DNA of 64,000 bases. Source: an uncultured Ruminococcus sp. Lineage in GTDB: Bacteria > Bacillota > Clostridia > Oscillospirales > Acutalibacteraceae. The notes beneath the pieces were generated by a model. The model saw only the letters and a list, made by a program, of their open reading frames with translations. It was not told where the DNA came from and did no database searches. The translations under genes were made by a program, and so were the position numbers. Every line of letters begins with the position of its first letter. The first letter of the stretch is position 1. Below, piece by piece: positions 1 to 10,604 of the stretch. Location: NCBI GenBank assembly GCA_902786345.1, contig CADACB010000010.1, positions 34,723 to 98,722 of the forward strand, read 5' to 3'.

Positions 1-436
1 CAACACTGTTTAACCCGATTATCGCACCGTCGCCTATATGTACCCCGGGCAATATGGTTGAATTTTGGCCTATCCATACATCATTTCCAACAACAGTATC
101 ACCCTTAAGCGGCATTTCTGTAAGCGGAGGTATTTCCTGATTCCAGCCTTCCATAATATAAAAAGGAAATGTGGAAACAGCATTCATCTGATGATTTGCA
201 CCATTCATTATAAAGCTTACGCCAGAAGCAATCTGACAAAATTTTCCTATTATAAGCTTATCTCCATTAAAATCATAATGATGCATAACGTGAGACTCAA
301 AATCTTTATCGCTGAAGTAGGTAAAATCTCCCACTATTATATTCGGGTTTTTTACAGTAGGTTTTACATATGTAACTGTTTTTATTCCGTGTACCGGAAA
401 GACCTTATCCGGATTAGGACTGTTTCCATCCTTCAT
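1..436 (-). CDS. Vat-family (streptogramin A / xenobiotic) hexapeptide-repeat O-acetyltransferase, N-terminal part only; 3' end lies beyond the window start
   Basis: Hand translation of the minus strand from ATG at 436-434 gives MKDGNSPNPDKVFPVHGIKTVTYVKPTVKNPNIIVGDFTYFSDKDFESHVMHHYDFNGDKLIIGKFCQIASGVSFIMNGANHQMNAVSTFPFYIMEGWNQEIPPLTEMPLKGDTVVGNDVWIGQNSTILPGVHIGDGAIIGLNSV with no stop. This closely resembles VatD/SatA-type acetyltransferases as I remember them. A GAGGTG RBS lies upstream. Confidence 0.75.
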   Translation of the reverse strand, partial: MKDGNSPNPDKVFPVHGIKTVTYVKPTVKNPNIIVGDFTYFSDKDFESHVMHHYDFNGDKLIIGKFCQIASGVSFIMNGANHQMNAVSTFPFYIMEGWNQEIPPLTEMPLKGDTVVGNDVWIGQNSTILPGVHIGDGAIIGLNSV

Positions 437-474
437 TATTCTGTCACCTCATATAAAATTGCAGATATACAGAA

Positions 475-498
475 AAGGAGTGCGACAAGGCACTCCTT
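475..498 (-). terminator. Hairpin terminator after ftsH
   Basis: Inverted repeat aaggagtgc / gcactcctt with T-rich sequence on both sides, between the ftsH stop (509) and the Vat start (436). Confidence 0.5.
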
Positions 499-508
499 CT
501 GATTTTTA

Positions 509-2476
509 TTAATTATCAGAAGCCTCTTCTGTTGTGCTGATTTCGCCTTCGTTACCGTCTTCACTGATAGCTTCAGCTTCAGATTCAGCTTCATCTTCAT
601 CATCTGTCGGGATCAATTTGCCCTCCATCGCACATGCAAACTGCTCACCTGACATCTTCTCGTGCTCAAACAGGAACTTAGCAACAACGTGCAGCTGATC
701 AATGTGCTCTCTGAGGATTTTTTCTGTTTTATTGTATCCGTCAGTGATATATTCCTTAACCTCTGCATCTATCTTTGCTGCTGTTTCCTCTGAATACGTT
801 TTATTGTGTCCAAATTCCTTGCCAAGGAAAACCTCACCGTCAGATGAACCATAGGTGATCGGACCGAGCTTTTCGCTCATACCGTATTTTGTTATCATTG
901 AAAATACAAGATTTGTAGCTCTTTCAATGTCATTTGACGCACCCGTTGAAATATCGCCAAGGATAACTGCCTCAGCAACACGTCCGCCGAGAAGAACAAT
1001 AATTTCCTCAAGCATTTCATTACGCGAACGATATGCTCGGTCTTCAGACGGCAAAGACATTGTATAGCCGCCTGCCATACCTCTTGGGATAATCGAGATC
1101 TGATGAACAGGATCCTGAGTTGTGCAATAATAGGTTGCAATAGCGTGACCTGCCTCGTGATATGCTGTAAGCTTCTTTTCCTTGTCAGACATAACACGTG
1201 ATTTCTTTTCCGCACCTACAACAACCTTTATAGTTGCCTCCTCAACTTCCTGCATTGTGATTGCTCTCTGATTCTTTCTTGCAGCAAGAAGTGCTGCCTC
1301 ATTAAGAAGATTCTCAAGATCTGCACCTGTGAAGCCTGCTGTTGATTTAGCTATTGTCTTAAGTTCCACATCCGGCGCAAGGGGCTTACCCTTAGCGTGA
1401 ACCTTGAGTATTTCCTCACGTCCCTTGATGTCCGGACGACCTACCATCACCTGTCTGTCAAAACGTCCGGGACGCATAAGCGCGGGATCGAGTATATCCG
1501 GGCGGTTGGTTGCCGCTATCATAATTACACCCTCATTTGCACCAAAGCCGTCCATTTCTACAAGGAGTTGGTTAAGCGTCTGCTCTCTTTCATCGTGTCC
1601 TCCGCCAAGGCCTGCGCCTCTCTGACGGCCTACGGCATCGATCTCATCTATGAAAATTATACAAGGAGAATTTTTCTTTGCCTGTTCAAAAAGATCTCTT
1701 ACACGTGAAGCACCCACGCCGACAAACATTTCAACAAAATCAGAACCTGAAATTGAGAAAAACGGAACACCTGCTTCTCCGGCAACCGCCCTTGCAAGCA
1801 ATGTCTTACCTGTACCGGGAGGTCCTACAAGCAATACACCCTTAGGTATTCTTGCACCAAGCTCATTATACTTTTTAGGATCTTTAAGAAATTCAACTAT
1901 CTCCCGAAGTTCTTCCTTTTCTTCATCTGCACCGGCAACATCCGCAAAAGTAGTTTTTCGCTTCTCATCGCTAAGATTTTTTATCTTGGCTTTACCAAAG
2001 CCCATTTGTTTTCCGGCATCTCCAAGACCTCCGGAAAGCCTTCTCATAAAGTATATCCATACAACAGCAAGAAGTGCTATAAGAATAAGGTTCGGCAGGA
2101 AATTAATCCACCAAGAGTTATCCGTTGCCTGTTTCCAGTTATACTTCATCGGTTTTTCCGGATTATCTTTATTATAATCATTCACATAATCCTCTATTGT
2201 GTTAAGGAACAGTGAAACACTGGCAACGTTTGTTTTTATTTCCTTTTTACCCTTATACTTGGTGTTGAGCTTCATTTCAAGAGAGCCGGTACCGAAATCA
2301 AGAGTATATTCATCTACCTGCTTGTTCTGAAACATATACACAATATCTGAGGTCGGATATTCCTCTTTAGGCTGCATAAAAAACAGCAGTGAGATCACTA
2401 TAATAAGAATGATCGGTATTCCCAGATAAATAAGCAGATTACGTATTGTTTTCTTGTTGTCCAAGATAATTGTCAC
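509..2476 (-). CDS. ftsH: ATP-dependent zinc metalloprotease FtsH
   Basis: 655-aa ORF with an N-terminal TM segment, AAA Walker A GPPGTGKT and the zinc motif HEAGHAI. The exact start is uncertain by about 12 nt because the GTG at 2476 abuts the AGGAG. Confidence 0.96.
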   Translation of the reverse strand: MTIILDNKKTIRNLLIYLGIPIILIIVISLLFFMQPKEEYPTSDIVYMFQNKQVDEYTLDFGTGSLEMKLNTKYKGKKEIKTNVASVSLFLNTIEDYVNDYNKDNPEKPMKYNWKQATDNSWWINFLPNLILIALLAVVWIYFMRRLSGGLGDAGKQMGFGKAKIKNLSDEKRKTTFADVAGADEEKEELREIVEFLKDPKKYNELGARIPKGVLLVGPPGTGKTLLARAVAGEAGVPFFSISGSDFVEMFVGVGASRVRDLFEQAKKNSPCIIFIDEIDAVGRQRGAGLGGGHDEREQTLNQLLVEMDGFGANEGVIMIAATNRPDILDPALMRPGRFDRQVMVGRPDIKGREEILKVHAKGKPLAPDVELKTIAKSTAGFTGADLENLLNEAALLAARKNQRAITMQEVEEATIKVVVGAEKKSRVMSDKEKKLTAYHEAGHAIATYYCTTQDPVHQISIIPRGMAGGYTMSLPSEDRAYRSRNEMLEEIIVLLGGRVAEAVILGDISTGASNDIERATNLVFSMITKYGMSEKLGPITYGSSDGEVFLGKEFGHNKTYSEETAAKIDAEVKEYITDGYNKTEKILREHIDQLHVVAKFLFEHEKMSGEQFACAMEGKLIPTDDEDEAESEAEAISEDGNEGEISTTEEASDN

Positions 2477-2485
2477 TCCTTTGTT

Positions 2486-3040
2486 TTAGTATTTCCATTG
2501 GCAGATCCCGCTTTTGAGAACTCCCACATATGGCAGATTTCTGTATCGCTCATCATAGTCAAGACCGTAGCCCACTATGAAAAGATCGTCAACAGTTCTT
2601 CCACAGTAATCAGGCGTTACAGGACCAATTCTTCTGCAGGGCTTGTCAAACAAGGTACAGATCTTTACTGACAGAGCATTTTTTGATAACAAATACTCTT
2701 TGATATAGGTAAGAGTATTCCCCGTATCGAGAATATCCTCAACTATCAATACATTTTTTCCGGCAACATCGGCTGAAATATCTTTGGTAATTCTGATATT
2801 TCCCGATGATACCGTTCCGGAACCATAGCTTGAGGCAGCCATAAAGTCAAGTACACAGTCGTCTATTGAAAGTCTTCTGAAAAGGTCTGCCAAAAATATT
2901 ACACCGCCCTTAAGTATTCCCACAACTACAAGCGATTTATCTTTATAGTCGTCATTTATTTTTCCGGCAATATCAGTTACAACTTTTTCAAGCTGTTCTT
3001 CGTTTAAAATTATTTTTTCAATATCACTATGCAACGGCAT
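2486..3040 (-). CDS. hpt: Hypoxanthine phosphoribosyltransferase
   Basis: 184 aa with the PRPP-binding motif VLIVEDILDTGNTL. It sits in the conserved ftsH-hpt-tilS neighbourhood. Confidence 0.92.
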   Translation of the reverse strand: MPLHSDIEKIILNEEQLEKVVTDIAGKINDDYKDKSLVVVGILKGGVIFLADLFRRLSIDDCVLDFMAASSYGSGTVSSGNIRITKDISADVAGKNVLIVEDILDTGNTLTYIKEYLLSKNALSVKICTLFDKPCRRIGPVTPDYCGRTVDDLFIVGYGLDYDERYRNLPYVGVLKSGICQWKY

Positions 3041-3049
3041 TCATTCCTT

Positions 3050-4423
3050 TCACTTCAGAATATCCCCGGATGATTCTTTTATAACAAGAACTCTTCTGGT
3101 GTCCGGTGTTATCTTATATTTATCGGAAACCCCTATACCCTCTATCCAAAGAACATCACTTTCACTCGCCAGCAAGATAAGCTCATCCCGCTTTTCCGGC
3201 GAAAGCTTCATTTCGGTAAAAAGCTTTTTCAGAGTTTTTGTAACATTACGTCTTAATGGAGAAAAGAAATCTCCAGGTCTTCTTGTACGAAAAACATTCA
3301 ACAATGGTATTGTATCATAATCAAGCGAATTATCAAACAAATTTTTTTCAATTTTTTTACGGTTGTTGAATTCATCTATATTAATCAAAACAGCATTTAT
3401 TTTTTTGTTGTTAATTGTTAATATCTTTCCCGGCTGCAAGGCAATTTGTTCATCACATTTTTCTTTTTGTTTATCAGTTCTGCAATAAACAGAAAAAATT
3501 TTTTTATCCGACGCAGCAAAAATTCCGTGTTTTATTTCAAGTGCACCACCATTATACACTATTTTTCTGATAAGTTCAATATGCCTTGCCTCGGGAATGA
3601 TATGATATTCTGCACATATTATCCTGATTGCCTCAGAGAAAACAGCCTCATCAGACCCCATAAGCTTTTCCACAGCATAACCATTATCTTTTTTTGCATC
3701 ACTCAAAAGCAAAGCTGCTGTATTTCTGATATAAGAATACGTCTGACGGCTGCGTTCGGATAGACCGCATATCGTTCTTTCAAGAGACGGATTTATCTCC
3801 TTTAAAATTGGCACTACATCAAGCCGCAGTTTGTTTCTTGTATACTCTCGTGTAAGGTTGGTACTGTCAGTAACATATTCAATCTTATTTTCAGCACAAT
3901 ACTGTTCTATATCGTCACGTGACACCTCAATCAGCGGTCTTATAATGTTTTCCCTGACAGGCGGAATACCGCACAAGCCCTGTATACCGCTTCCTCTTGT
4001 AAGGTTAAAAAGCACTGTTTCTACATTGTCTGACGCTGTGTGGGCAGTAGCAATTTTAGCATTAAGCTCCCTCGATTTACATTTAAAAAAATCGTATCTT
4101 ATCTCACGTCCACACAGCTCAGTGCTTATTCCTCTTTTTTTTGCTTCATTGATCACATCAGCGTGAAGTGTAAAGAGCTTGACGCCAAGCAGGCTGCAAA
4201 AAGATTCTGTAAAGCGTTCATCATTGTCAGCTTCAATTCCTCGTATTCCGTGATTGATATGACAAGCATATATGTCAAGGTTTAAATCTTTGCGGATAGA
4301 CACCAAAAAATGAAGCAATGCACAGGAATCAGCACCTCCTGACAACCCCACTATTATCCTGTCACCCTTTGTTATCATATTATATTTTTTTACTGTTTTA
4401 TAAGCTTTATTCTTCACTTTCAA
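3050..4423 (-). CDS. tilS: tRNA(Ile)-lysidine synthase
   Basis: 457 aa with the PP-loop motif GLSGGADS near the N-terminus; adjacent to hpt. Confidence 0.92.
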   Translation of the reverse strand: MKVKNKAYKTVKKYNMITKGDRIIVGLSGGADSCALLHFLVSIRKDLNLDIYACHINHGIRGIEADNDERFTESFCSLLGVKLFTLHADVINEAKKRGISTELCGREIRYDFFKCKSRELNAKIATAHTASDNVETVLFNLTRGSGIQGLCGIPPVRENIIRPLIEVSRDDIEQYCAENKIEYVTDSTNLTREYTRNKLRLDVVPILKEINPSLERTICGLSERSRQTYSYIRNTAALLLSDAKKDNGYAVEKLMGSDEAVFSEAIRIICAEYHIIPEARHIELIRKIVYNGGALEIKHGIFAASDKKIFSVYCRTDKQKEKCDEQIALQPGKILTINNKKINAVLINIDEFNNRKKIEKNLFDNSLDYDTIPLLNVFRTRRPGDFFSPLRRNVTKTLKKLFTEMKLSPEKRDELILLASESDVLWIEGIGVSDKYKITPDTRRVLVIKESSGDILK

Positions 4424-5777
4424 GCACCTGTGATGTAAATCTCATAAATTCTCCCTGCCAATGCAGCGGCACAGAACGGGTCTCGCCGTGTCTGTTCTTT
4501 GCCACTATACACTCGCCACTATTTTTATCACTGTCTTCTGCATTTGCTCCTTCTGTATTTTTATAATAATCCTCACGGTAAAGGAACAATACGATGTCTG
4601 CATCCTGCTCAATAGATCCGGAATCTCTCAGATCTGAAAGCTGCGGCTTATGCTCAGCTCTTTGCTCGCTTGCACGTGAAAGCTGTGAAAGCGTTATGAC
4701 GGGAACATTGAATTCCTTGGCTAATATTTTTAAATTTCTTGTTATTTCTGAAATTTCCTGTACTCTGTTATCTATTCGTCTTGAAGATGCCATAAGCTGG
4801 AGATAGTCAATTATTATAAGATCAACATGCTTTAACCTTCTAAGCTTCGCCTTCATTTCCGGAACGGTGATACCCGGAGTATCATCCATATACATATCAG
4901 CCTTGCTGAGAACATCTCCTGCTTCAATCAGTCTTACCCATTCCTCTTCCGAAAGCTTTCCGGTTCTGAGCTTTGTACCTTCTATAGAACCTTCTGTTGA
5001 TAGCAATCTTGAAGCAAGCTGTTCCTTAGTCATTTCAAGCGAGAAAAAAGCTACCCGTCTTTTACATTTAACAGAGACGTGTCTTGCTATATTTAGCGCA
5101 AAACTTGTTTTTCCCATACCCGGTCGTGCCGCAAGAAGAATAAGGTCTGATCTATTTAATCCGGTTATAGTGCTGTCAAGCGCACCTATGCCCGTTGGAA
5201 TACCTTTATACATATCACTTTCAGGTGAATTAAGCAGATCAAGCCTGTCAAAGGTCTGAAGAATTACATCACCGACTTTTTCAAGCCCTTTAACACTTTT
5301 GTTATCTCTTATATCAAATATTCTCTGTTCAGCAGAATCAATTAACCTGGATACTTCCTCACCGGGCTGAGAGGCATCATCTATGATCTCTCTTGACGAA
5401 ACAATAAGACTCCTCAAAAGATATTTGTCCCTTACAATTGAAGCATATTCGTCAACTCTTGAAATAGAAGGAACAATATCGGCAAGCTGCATAAGATATG
5501 TTTTTGTTTCAGCATCCGAAAAGTCACGTCTGCCCTTCATTTTTTCAAGAACTGTTATAAGATCAACAGGCTTACTGAGCGTGAAAAGCTCGATCATAAC
5601 CTTATATATTTCTTTGTGAGTTGCAAGATGAAAATAATCGCTTGAAGGAAGTATTTCCATAACGGTAGCAAGACAATCCGAATCAAGCAAAATTGCACCA
5701 AGAACAGACTGCTCTGCCTCGGCACTATATGGAAGGTTCATTCCATCAAAGGAAGATGTTATTTCACTATCACTCAT
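4407..5777 (-). CDS. dnaB: Replicative DNA helicase (DnaB family)
   Basis: Contains the DnaB N-domain (AEQSVLGAILLD), Walker A ARPGMGKTSF and a RecA-like C-domain. I chose the ATG at 5777 (4th codon of the track ORF) because AGGTG lies about 9 nt upstream. It overlaps tilS by 17 nt. Confidence 0.94.
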   Translation of the reverse strand: MSDSEITSSFDGMNLPYSAEAEQSVLGAILLDSDCLATVMEILPSSDYFHLATHKEIYKVMIELFTLSKPVDLITVLEKMKGRRDFSDAETKTYLMQLADIVPSISRVDEYASIVRDKYLLRSLIVSSREIIDDASQPGEEVSRLIDSAEQRIFDIRDNKSVKGLEKVGDVILQTFDRLDLLNSPESDMYKGIPTGIGALDSTITGLNRSDLILLAARPGMGKTSFALNIARHVSVKCKRRVAFFSLEMTKEQLASRLLSTEGSIEGTKLRTGKLSEEEWVRLIEAGDVLSKADMYMDDTPGITVPEMKAKLRRLKHVDLIIIDYLQLMASSRRIDNRVQEISEITRNLKILAKEFNVPVITLSQLSRASEQRAEHKPQLSDLRDSGSIEQDADIVLFLYREDYYKNTEGANAEDSDKNSGECIVAKNRHGETRSVPLHWQGEFMRFTSQVLESEE

Positions 5778-5814
5778 TTTTAACACACCTTTTTATCGGG
5801 AAATAAAATACAAT

Positions 5815-5845
5815 AATTCGGAATCCCTTTTATGAATTCCGAATT
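5815..5845 (-). terminator. Hairpin between rplI and dnaB (weak or partial terminator)
   Basis: Perfect 10-bp inverted repeat aattcggaat / attccgaatt with a weak T tract. Confidence 0.4.
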
Positions 5846-5871
5846 ATCTCGGGTATTGTCAAATTTTATTA

Positions 5872-6321
5872 TCACTGCTGTTCTGTTACCATAACCTTAA
5901 TTTTGGCAGTAATACCTGTATACAGCTTGACCTCACAATTATAAGTACCGAATGCTTTTATATCATTATCAAGAACAATTTTCCTCTTATCTATTGACAG
6001 GCTGTACTTTCTCTTTAGCTCATTTGCAATTTCCTTGCTTGTTACCGACCCGAAAAGTCTTCCGCCTTGTCCTGCTTTTGCAGTCATTGTAAGCGTCTCT
6101 CCCTCAAGTCTTTTCTTGTTGGCCTCAGCCTCAGCGGTTTCTACAGCAATTCTATGCTGCTTTGACTGTTCGGCATTTTTCAGTTCATTCATAGCCTGTG
6201 CGTCTGCTTCTCTTGCAAGCTTTCTTGGGAAAAGATAATTGCGTGCATATCCATCTGAAACATTTATAAGCTCACCCTTTTTTCCGCTTCCCTTAATATC
6301 CTGTAAAAGTATTACTTTCAT
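5872..6321 (-). CDS. rplI: 50S ribosomal protein L9
   Basis: 149 aa starting [36 protein letters not shown], typical of L9. Confidence 0.97.
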   Translation of the reverse strand: MKVILLQDIKGSGKKGELINVSDGYARNYLFPRKLAREADAQAMNELKNAEQSKQHRIAVETAEAEANKKRLEGETLTMTAKAGQGGRLFGSVTSKEIANELKRKYSLSIDKRKIVLDNDIKAFGTYNCEVKLYTGITAKIKVMVTEQQ

Positions 6322-6351
6322 TACAATTTCCTCTTTTCTTATGGAATTTCA

Positions 6352-8340
6352 TTATTTCTGATTATTCTGACTGACCCTGCTAAGATCAAGCTCACTTATA
6401 ATTGATACAAGACGTTCTCTTGCCTCAGCTATGCTGACTCCATCCATCTGACAAGCTGCCATTGTCTGATGACCGCCTCCGCCAAGCTGCTCCATTATAA
6501 CCTGTACATTAAGATCACCGAGTGATCTTGCAGATATATTGATAGTTTTTGAGGTTTTATACATTACAAATGACGCCTTTACATTTTCTATACCGAGCAG
6601 TTCATCCGCTGCCTGAGCAGAAGCTATCCTTATATCAGGTATATCCTCATCAGCACAGGCTATTGCACAATAATTAAATATCTCAGCCTCACTGACAAGC
6701 TTATATTTTACCTTATATGTATCTATCGAATTAGAAAAGAGTCTCTTTACTTCAACGGTATCTGCACCATGACTCCTAAGATATGCAGCAGCCTCGAAGG
6801 TTCTCACTCCTGTTCTGAGCACAAAATTCTTTGTGTCGAGCATTATCCCCGAAAGAAGTGCTTCACTTTCCAGTCTGCTCAGAGATTCATTTCCAAGATA
6901 CTGAATAAGCTCGGCAATCATTTCACACGCCGATGATGCATATGGTTCGTGATAAAAGATAAGAGCCTTATCTATATGATTCACCATCATTCTGTGATGA
7001 TCAATAACTACAACACGGCTGCATTTTTCATATATTTCCTTTGATTCAAGGAAATTAGGAGAATGTGTATCCACAATTATGAGCAAGGTTTTATCATTAA
7101 GCATATCAAGAGCTTCATTTTCAGTTTTGAACATACCATCAAGACCTGCACGTTCAAAGCTCGCTACAAGAGATTTAGCCAAAGTCTGCTGACGATTTAT
7201 CAATATATAAGCTTCCTTGTGAAGTCCCTTGGAAACTGCGCTCCACATTCCTACAGCAGCACCTACCGAATCAAGATCGGAATATCTGTGTCCCATAACA
7301 ATAACATTACTGCTGTTATTTATATGATTTGTAAGTGTTGAAGCAATTACTCTTGTTCTTACCTTATCTCTCTTTTCTATTCCTTTTGATACACCGCCGA
7401 AGAACTTATAAGATTCAGCTTTTTTTACTGCTGCCTGATCTCCGCCCCTGCCCAGTGCCATATCAAGCGCCTGACGCGCCCACTGCTCATTCTCTTTATA
7501 GCTGCTTCCACCGTGACCAACTCCTATAGAGATTGTAGCATTCATTCTGTCGTTTATTTTAATTGAACGAATATCATCGAGGATTTTAAATTTCTCTCCG
7601 ATAAATTTATTGATGTTCCGCTCTTCCATAACAACAATATATCTTCCGCCGCTTATCTTTTTATAGAAGCCTGTTGTTGATGCTACCCATTTTACTATAG
7701 CGTGTTCAACCTCAACTGTAATCTTGCTGGCTTCACCGTCCTCGGTTTCACGCTCTATCTCTTCCTTATTATCGAAAGCAACTATCGCAACCACAGGACG
7801 TGACTCAATATATTCATCGGAATTGGACTTATAGGTATTATCATCTATAAAATATACTATTGATCCCTGATCAAATCTGACTCCAAAAGCAATAAACCAC
7901 GTATTCCTGCACAAGGTATCTGTTCCGTTATCATCAAAAAGAGATTCCGGATTTCCGTTTGAAAGATATTCGTTTATATTGCTGCCAAGACAATCGGGGG
8001 ATCCTCCGACACGTTCCTTGAAATGCTTATTTGCCGATATAATTTCATAGTGCTCGCCAAGCACAGCCACAGGCAAATTAATATCCTCAATTGTTCTTTT
8101 TTCATCCTTAAATATCTTTTTTGACGCTCCTGTCAGTATCCTTGAAACATATGATCTTATATTAACAATACTGACAATTGAAACGGCAAGTGCAGCGGAA
8201 GCAAAGACCATTTCTCCAAAGAATATCAATATACTGTACTTTAACGAAAATACAGCCATTATATACATAGCTGCTGCAAAAACTGCAAAAAGTGCACATA
8301 TAAAATTTTTATTTTCTTTTTTTCTCACGCTGATCACCAC
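6352..8340 (-). CDS. gdpP: GdpP/YybT-like DHH-DHHA1 phosphodiesterase (probable c-di-AMP phosphodiesterase)
   Basis: 662 aa with two N-terminal TM helices, PAS-like and degenerate GGDEF-like regions, a DHH motif (VIDHHR) and GGGGH in DHHA1. The yybT-rplI-dnaB synteny is conserved. The start codon is uncertain (GTG at 8340 or 8328). Confidence 0.85.
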   Translation of the reverse strand: MVISVRKKENKNFICALFAVFAAAMYIMAVFSLKYSILIFFGEMVFASAALAVSIVSIVNIRSYVSRILTGASKKIFKDEKRTIEDINLPVAVLGEHYEIISANKHFKERVGGSPDCLGSNINEYLSNGNPESLFDDNGTDTLCRNTWFIAFGVRFDQGSIVYFIDDNTYKSNSDEYIESRPVVAIVAFDNKEEIERETEDGEASKITVEVEHAIVKWVASTTGFYKKISGGRYIVVMEERNINKFIGEKFKILDDIRSIKINDRMNATISIGVGHGGSSYKENEQWARQALDMALGRGGDQAAVKKAESYKFFGGVSKGIEKRDKVRTRVIASTLTNHINNSSNVIVMGHRYSDLDSVGAAVGMWSAVSKGLHKEAYILINRQQTLAKSLVASFERAGLDGMFKTENEALDMLNDKTLLIIVDTHSPNFLESKEIYEKCSRVVVIDHHRMMVNHIDKALIFYHEPYASSACEMIAELIQYLGNESLSRLESEALLSGIMLDTKNFVLRTGVRTFEAAAYLRSHGADTVEVKRLFSNSIDTYKVKYKLVSEAEIFNYCAIACADEDIPDIRIASAQAADELLGIENVKASFVMYKTSKTINISARSLGDLNVQVIMEQLGGGGHQTMAACQMDGVSIAEARERLVSIISELDLSRVSQNNQK

Positions 8341-8369
8341 CGAAAGAAATATATATTATGGGGTCAATA

Positions 8370-10343
8370 TTATACCTCCATAATGATAGGAAGAATCATA
8401 GGACTTCTTCTTGTTTTGTCATAAAGCAGCTTTGAAAGCTCATCCTTTACCGTATTTTTTATAACTCCCCATTCGTGAATTCCTTGTGATTCACAGTCTT
8501 CAAGTGTTTCTATTACGACACGTCTTGCATTATCCATAAGAGGCTCACTCTCTCTTACATATACGAAGCCTCTTGAAACTATATCAGGACCGGCAATAAT
8601 ATGTCCGTCCTCACCGTCAAGTGTAACTACAACAACTATAAGACCGTCCTGTCCAAGATGTTTTCTGTCACGCAGAACAATGCTGCCCACATCGCCTACT
8701 CCAAGTCCGTCAACAAGAACCTTTCCTGCCGGTATACTTGGCAGCTGTTTCATATTATCCTTGTTGATCTCAACAACATTTCCAATATCACCTATAAATA
8801 TATTTGATCTTGGCATTCCCATCTCCATTGCAAGCTGGGCGTGTTTTATAAGATGCTTTTGCTCACCGTGAACAGGAATAAAATACTTTGGCTTTGTAAG
8901 ACCGTGTATTATTTTAAGCTCTTCCTGACAAGCGTGTCCCGAAACGTGAACCTCATACATTGATTCATAAACAACCTTACAGCCGTGTTTCATAAGCTCA
9001 TTTACAACTGAACCTACAGCTTTTTCGTTTCCGGGTATAGGATTTGCCGATATTATTATATAATCCTCAGGACCTACCTCTACCTTTCTGTGATCAGAAT
9101 AAGCCATTCTGGAAAGAGCAGACATTGTTTCTCCCTGACTGCCCGTTGTTACAAGAACGATCTGATCCTTTGAGTAATGTCCGAGCATATCAATATCTAT
9201 TATCAGTCCGTCAGGAACATTAATATAACCAAGCTCTGACGCTATAGTCATATTATTTATCATACTTCTTCCCGAAAAAGCTACCTTTCTGCCATATTTC
9301 TGTGCACAATCAAGTATCTGCTGTATGCGTCCAAGATTAGAAGCAAACGTAGCTATTATTATACGGCTTTTTTCAGCCTCTTTAAATAACAGGTCAAAGG
9401 TATGTGCAACCTTCTGCTCTGTCATTGTATATCCGGGACGTTCGGCATTTGTAGACTCCGCAAGCAATGCAAGCACTCCGCTTTTTCCAAGCTCAGCAAA
9501 TCTTGCAAGATCTATCATTCCTCCTGTTGTAGGAGTGCAGTCTATCTTAAAATCACCTGTGTGTACGATAGTACCTGCGGGTGAATGAATAGCTATCGCT
9601 ACAGAATCCGGAATTGAATGGTTAACATGTATGAATTCTATCGACATACAGCCAAGCTTGATTCTCTGTCCGGGCTTTACTGTATTGAGCTTAGCTTTAC
9701 TGAAAAGATTATGCTCTTTAAGCTTACTGCCTACCAGTCCTAAAGTCAGCGGTGTTCCATAGATTGGAACATTTATTTTTCTGAGAAGATAAGGCAGTGA
9801 ACCAATATGGTCCTCGTGACCGTGAGTTAATACTACACCCTTGATTTTATCCTTATTACGCTCAATATAAGTAAAATCCGGAATAACAAGGTCCACTCCA
9901 AGCATATCTCCATCAGGAAATGCCATTCCGCAATCAAGCAAAAACATATCATTATCACATTCAAACAATGTGATATTTTTTCCAATTTCGTTCAAACCGC
10001 CCAGAAATGTTACTTTAACCGAATGATCTGACGGCTTGATATACTGTCTTCTTGACTGGAAATCTGAGCTGTGATGATACCTTGACTGTCTGTTTTTGTC
10101 ATTGACTTCTGTAAAACTTCTTTTTTCTTGTGAAAAAATTTTTTCGTATTTTCTGTTATTTTCCCCGATAGCCTGATCCGGAAATTTCTGAGCAGGAATT
10201 ACACGATCAAAAAGCCCCTTTGATTTTTTTTCGGGCATAGCCTTCTTATGCACCATTCTGCTGTTCTTTGAAAGTCTTGAGCCTGAAACACTCTTACCTC
10301 CGTTATTTCTCGGTGCATTTTTCCTGTTAAATTCTGATAACAC
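8370..10343 (-). CDS. rnj: Ribonuclease J with a basic N-terminal extension of about 100 aa
   Basis: Metallo-beta-lactamase motif HGHEDHIG plus beta-CASP and C-terminal domains. The GTG start at 10343 is preceded by GGAGG at about 9 nt. Confidence 0.9.
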   Translation of the reverse strand: MLSEFNRKNAPRNNGGKSVSGSRLSKNSRMVHKKAMPEKKSKGLFDRVIPAQKFPDQAIGENNRKYEKIFSQEKRSFTEVNDKNRQSRYHHSSDFQSRRQYIKPSDHSVKVTFLGGLNEIGKNITLFECDNDMFLLDCGMAFPDGDMLGVDLVIPDFTYIERNKDKIKGVVLTHGHEDHIGSLPYLLRKINVPIYGTPLTLGLVGSKLKEHNLFSKAKLNTVKPGQRIKLGCMSIEFIHVNHSIPDSVAIAIHSPAGTIVHTGDFKIDCTPTTGGMIDLARFAELGKSGVLALLAESTNAERPGYTMTEQKVAHTFDLLFKEAEKSRIIIATFASNLGRIQQILDCAQKYGRKVAFSGRSMINNMTIASELGYINVPDGLIIDIDMLGHYSKDQIVLVTTGSQGETMSALSRMAYSDHRKVEVGPEDYIIISANPIPGNEKAVGSVVNELMKHGCKVVYESMYEVHVSGHACQEELKIIHGLTKPKYFIPVHGEQKHLIKHAQLAMEMGMPRSNIFIGDIGNVVEINKDNMKQLPSIPAGKVLVDGLGVGDVGSIVLRDRKHLGQDGLIVVVVTLDGEDGHIIAGPDIVSRGFVYVRESEPLMDNARRVVIETLEDCESQGIHEWGVIKNTVKDELSKLLYDKTRRSPMILPIIMEV

Positions 10344-10548
10344 TAAAATTTACCTCCGTTTAAACAATATATAAATTATTAAAATCAAATAAAAAATATC
10401 GCCAAAGCGCCTATTGCTTCATAGCAATATTTACATCCCGAACACAATTATATATGTTATTTTACTATTCTAACCGGATTATGTCAATAGATTATTTCCC
10501 TGAAAAATTTTTTCAGAGAAAACAAACAGGATTATCACTATTATACTA

Positions 10549-10576
10549 TTGAATAAGACAAAGAATATTGTATAAT
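10549..10576 (+). promoter_or_regulatory. Candidate sigma-70-type promoter of rnhA
   Basis: TTGAAT (10549-10554), 16-nt spacer, TATAAT (10571-10576) with TG just upstream. Confidence 0.4.
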
Positions 10577-10604
10577 AGTATTAAACAAATTGCGGGAGGT
10601 AATT

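Noticed and set aside
65-502. 145-aa plus-strand ORF at the start of the window
   Set aside because: It has no RBS and a low-complexity, odd composition. It lies exactly antisense to a well-supported Vat-type acetyltransferase reading frame on the minus strand, so I treat it as a shadow ORF.
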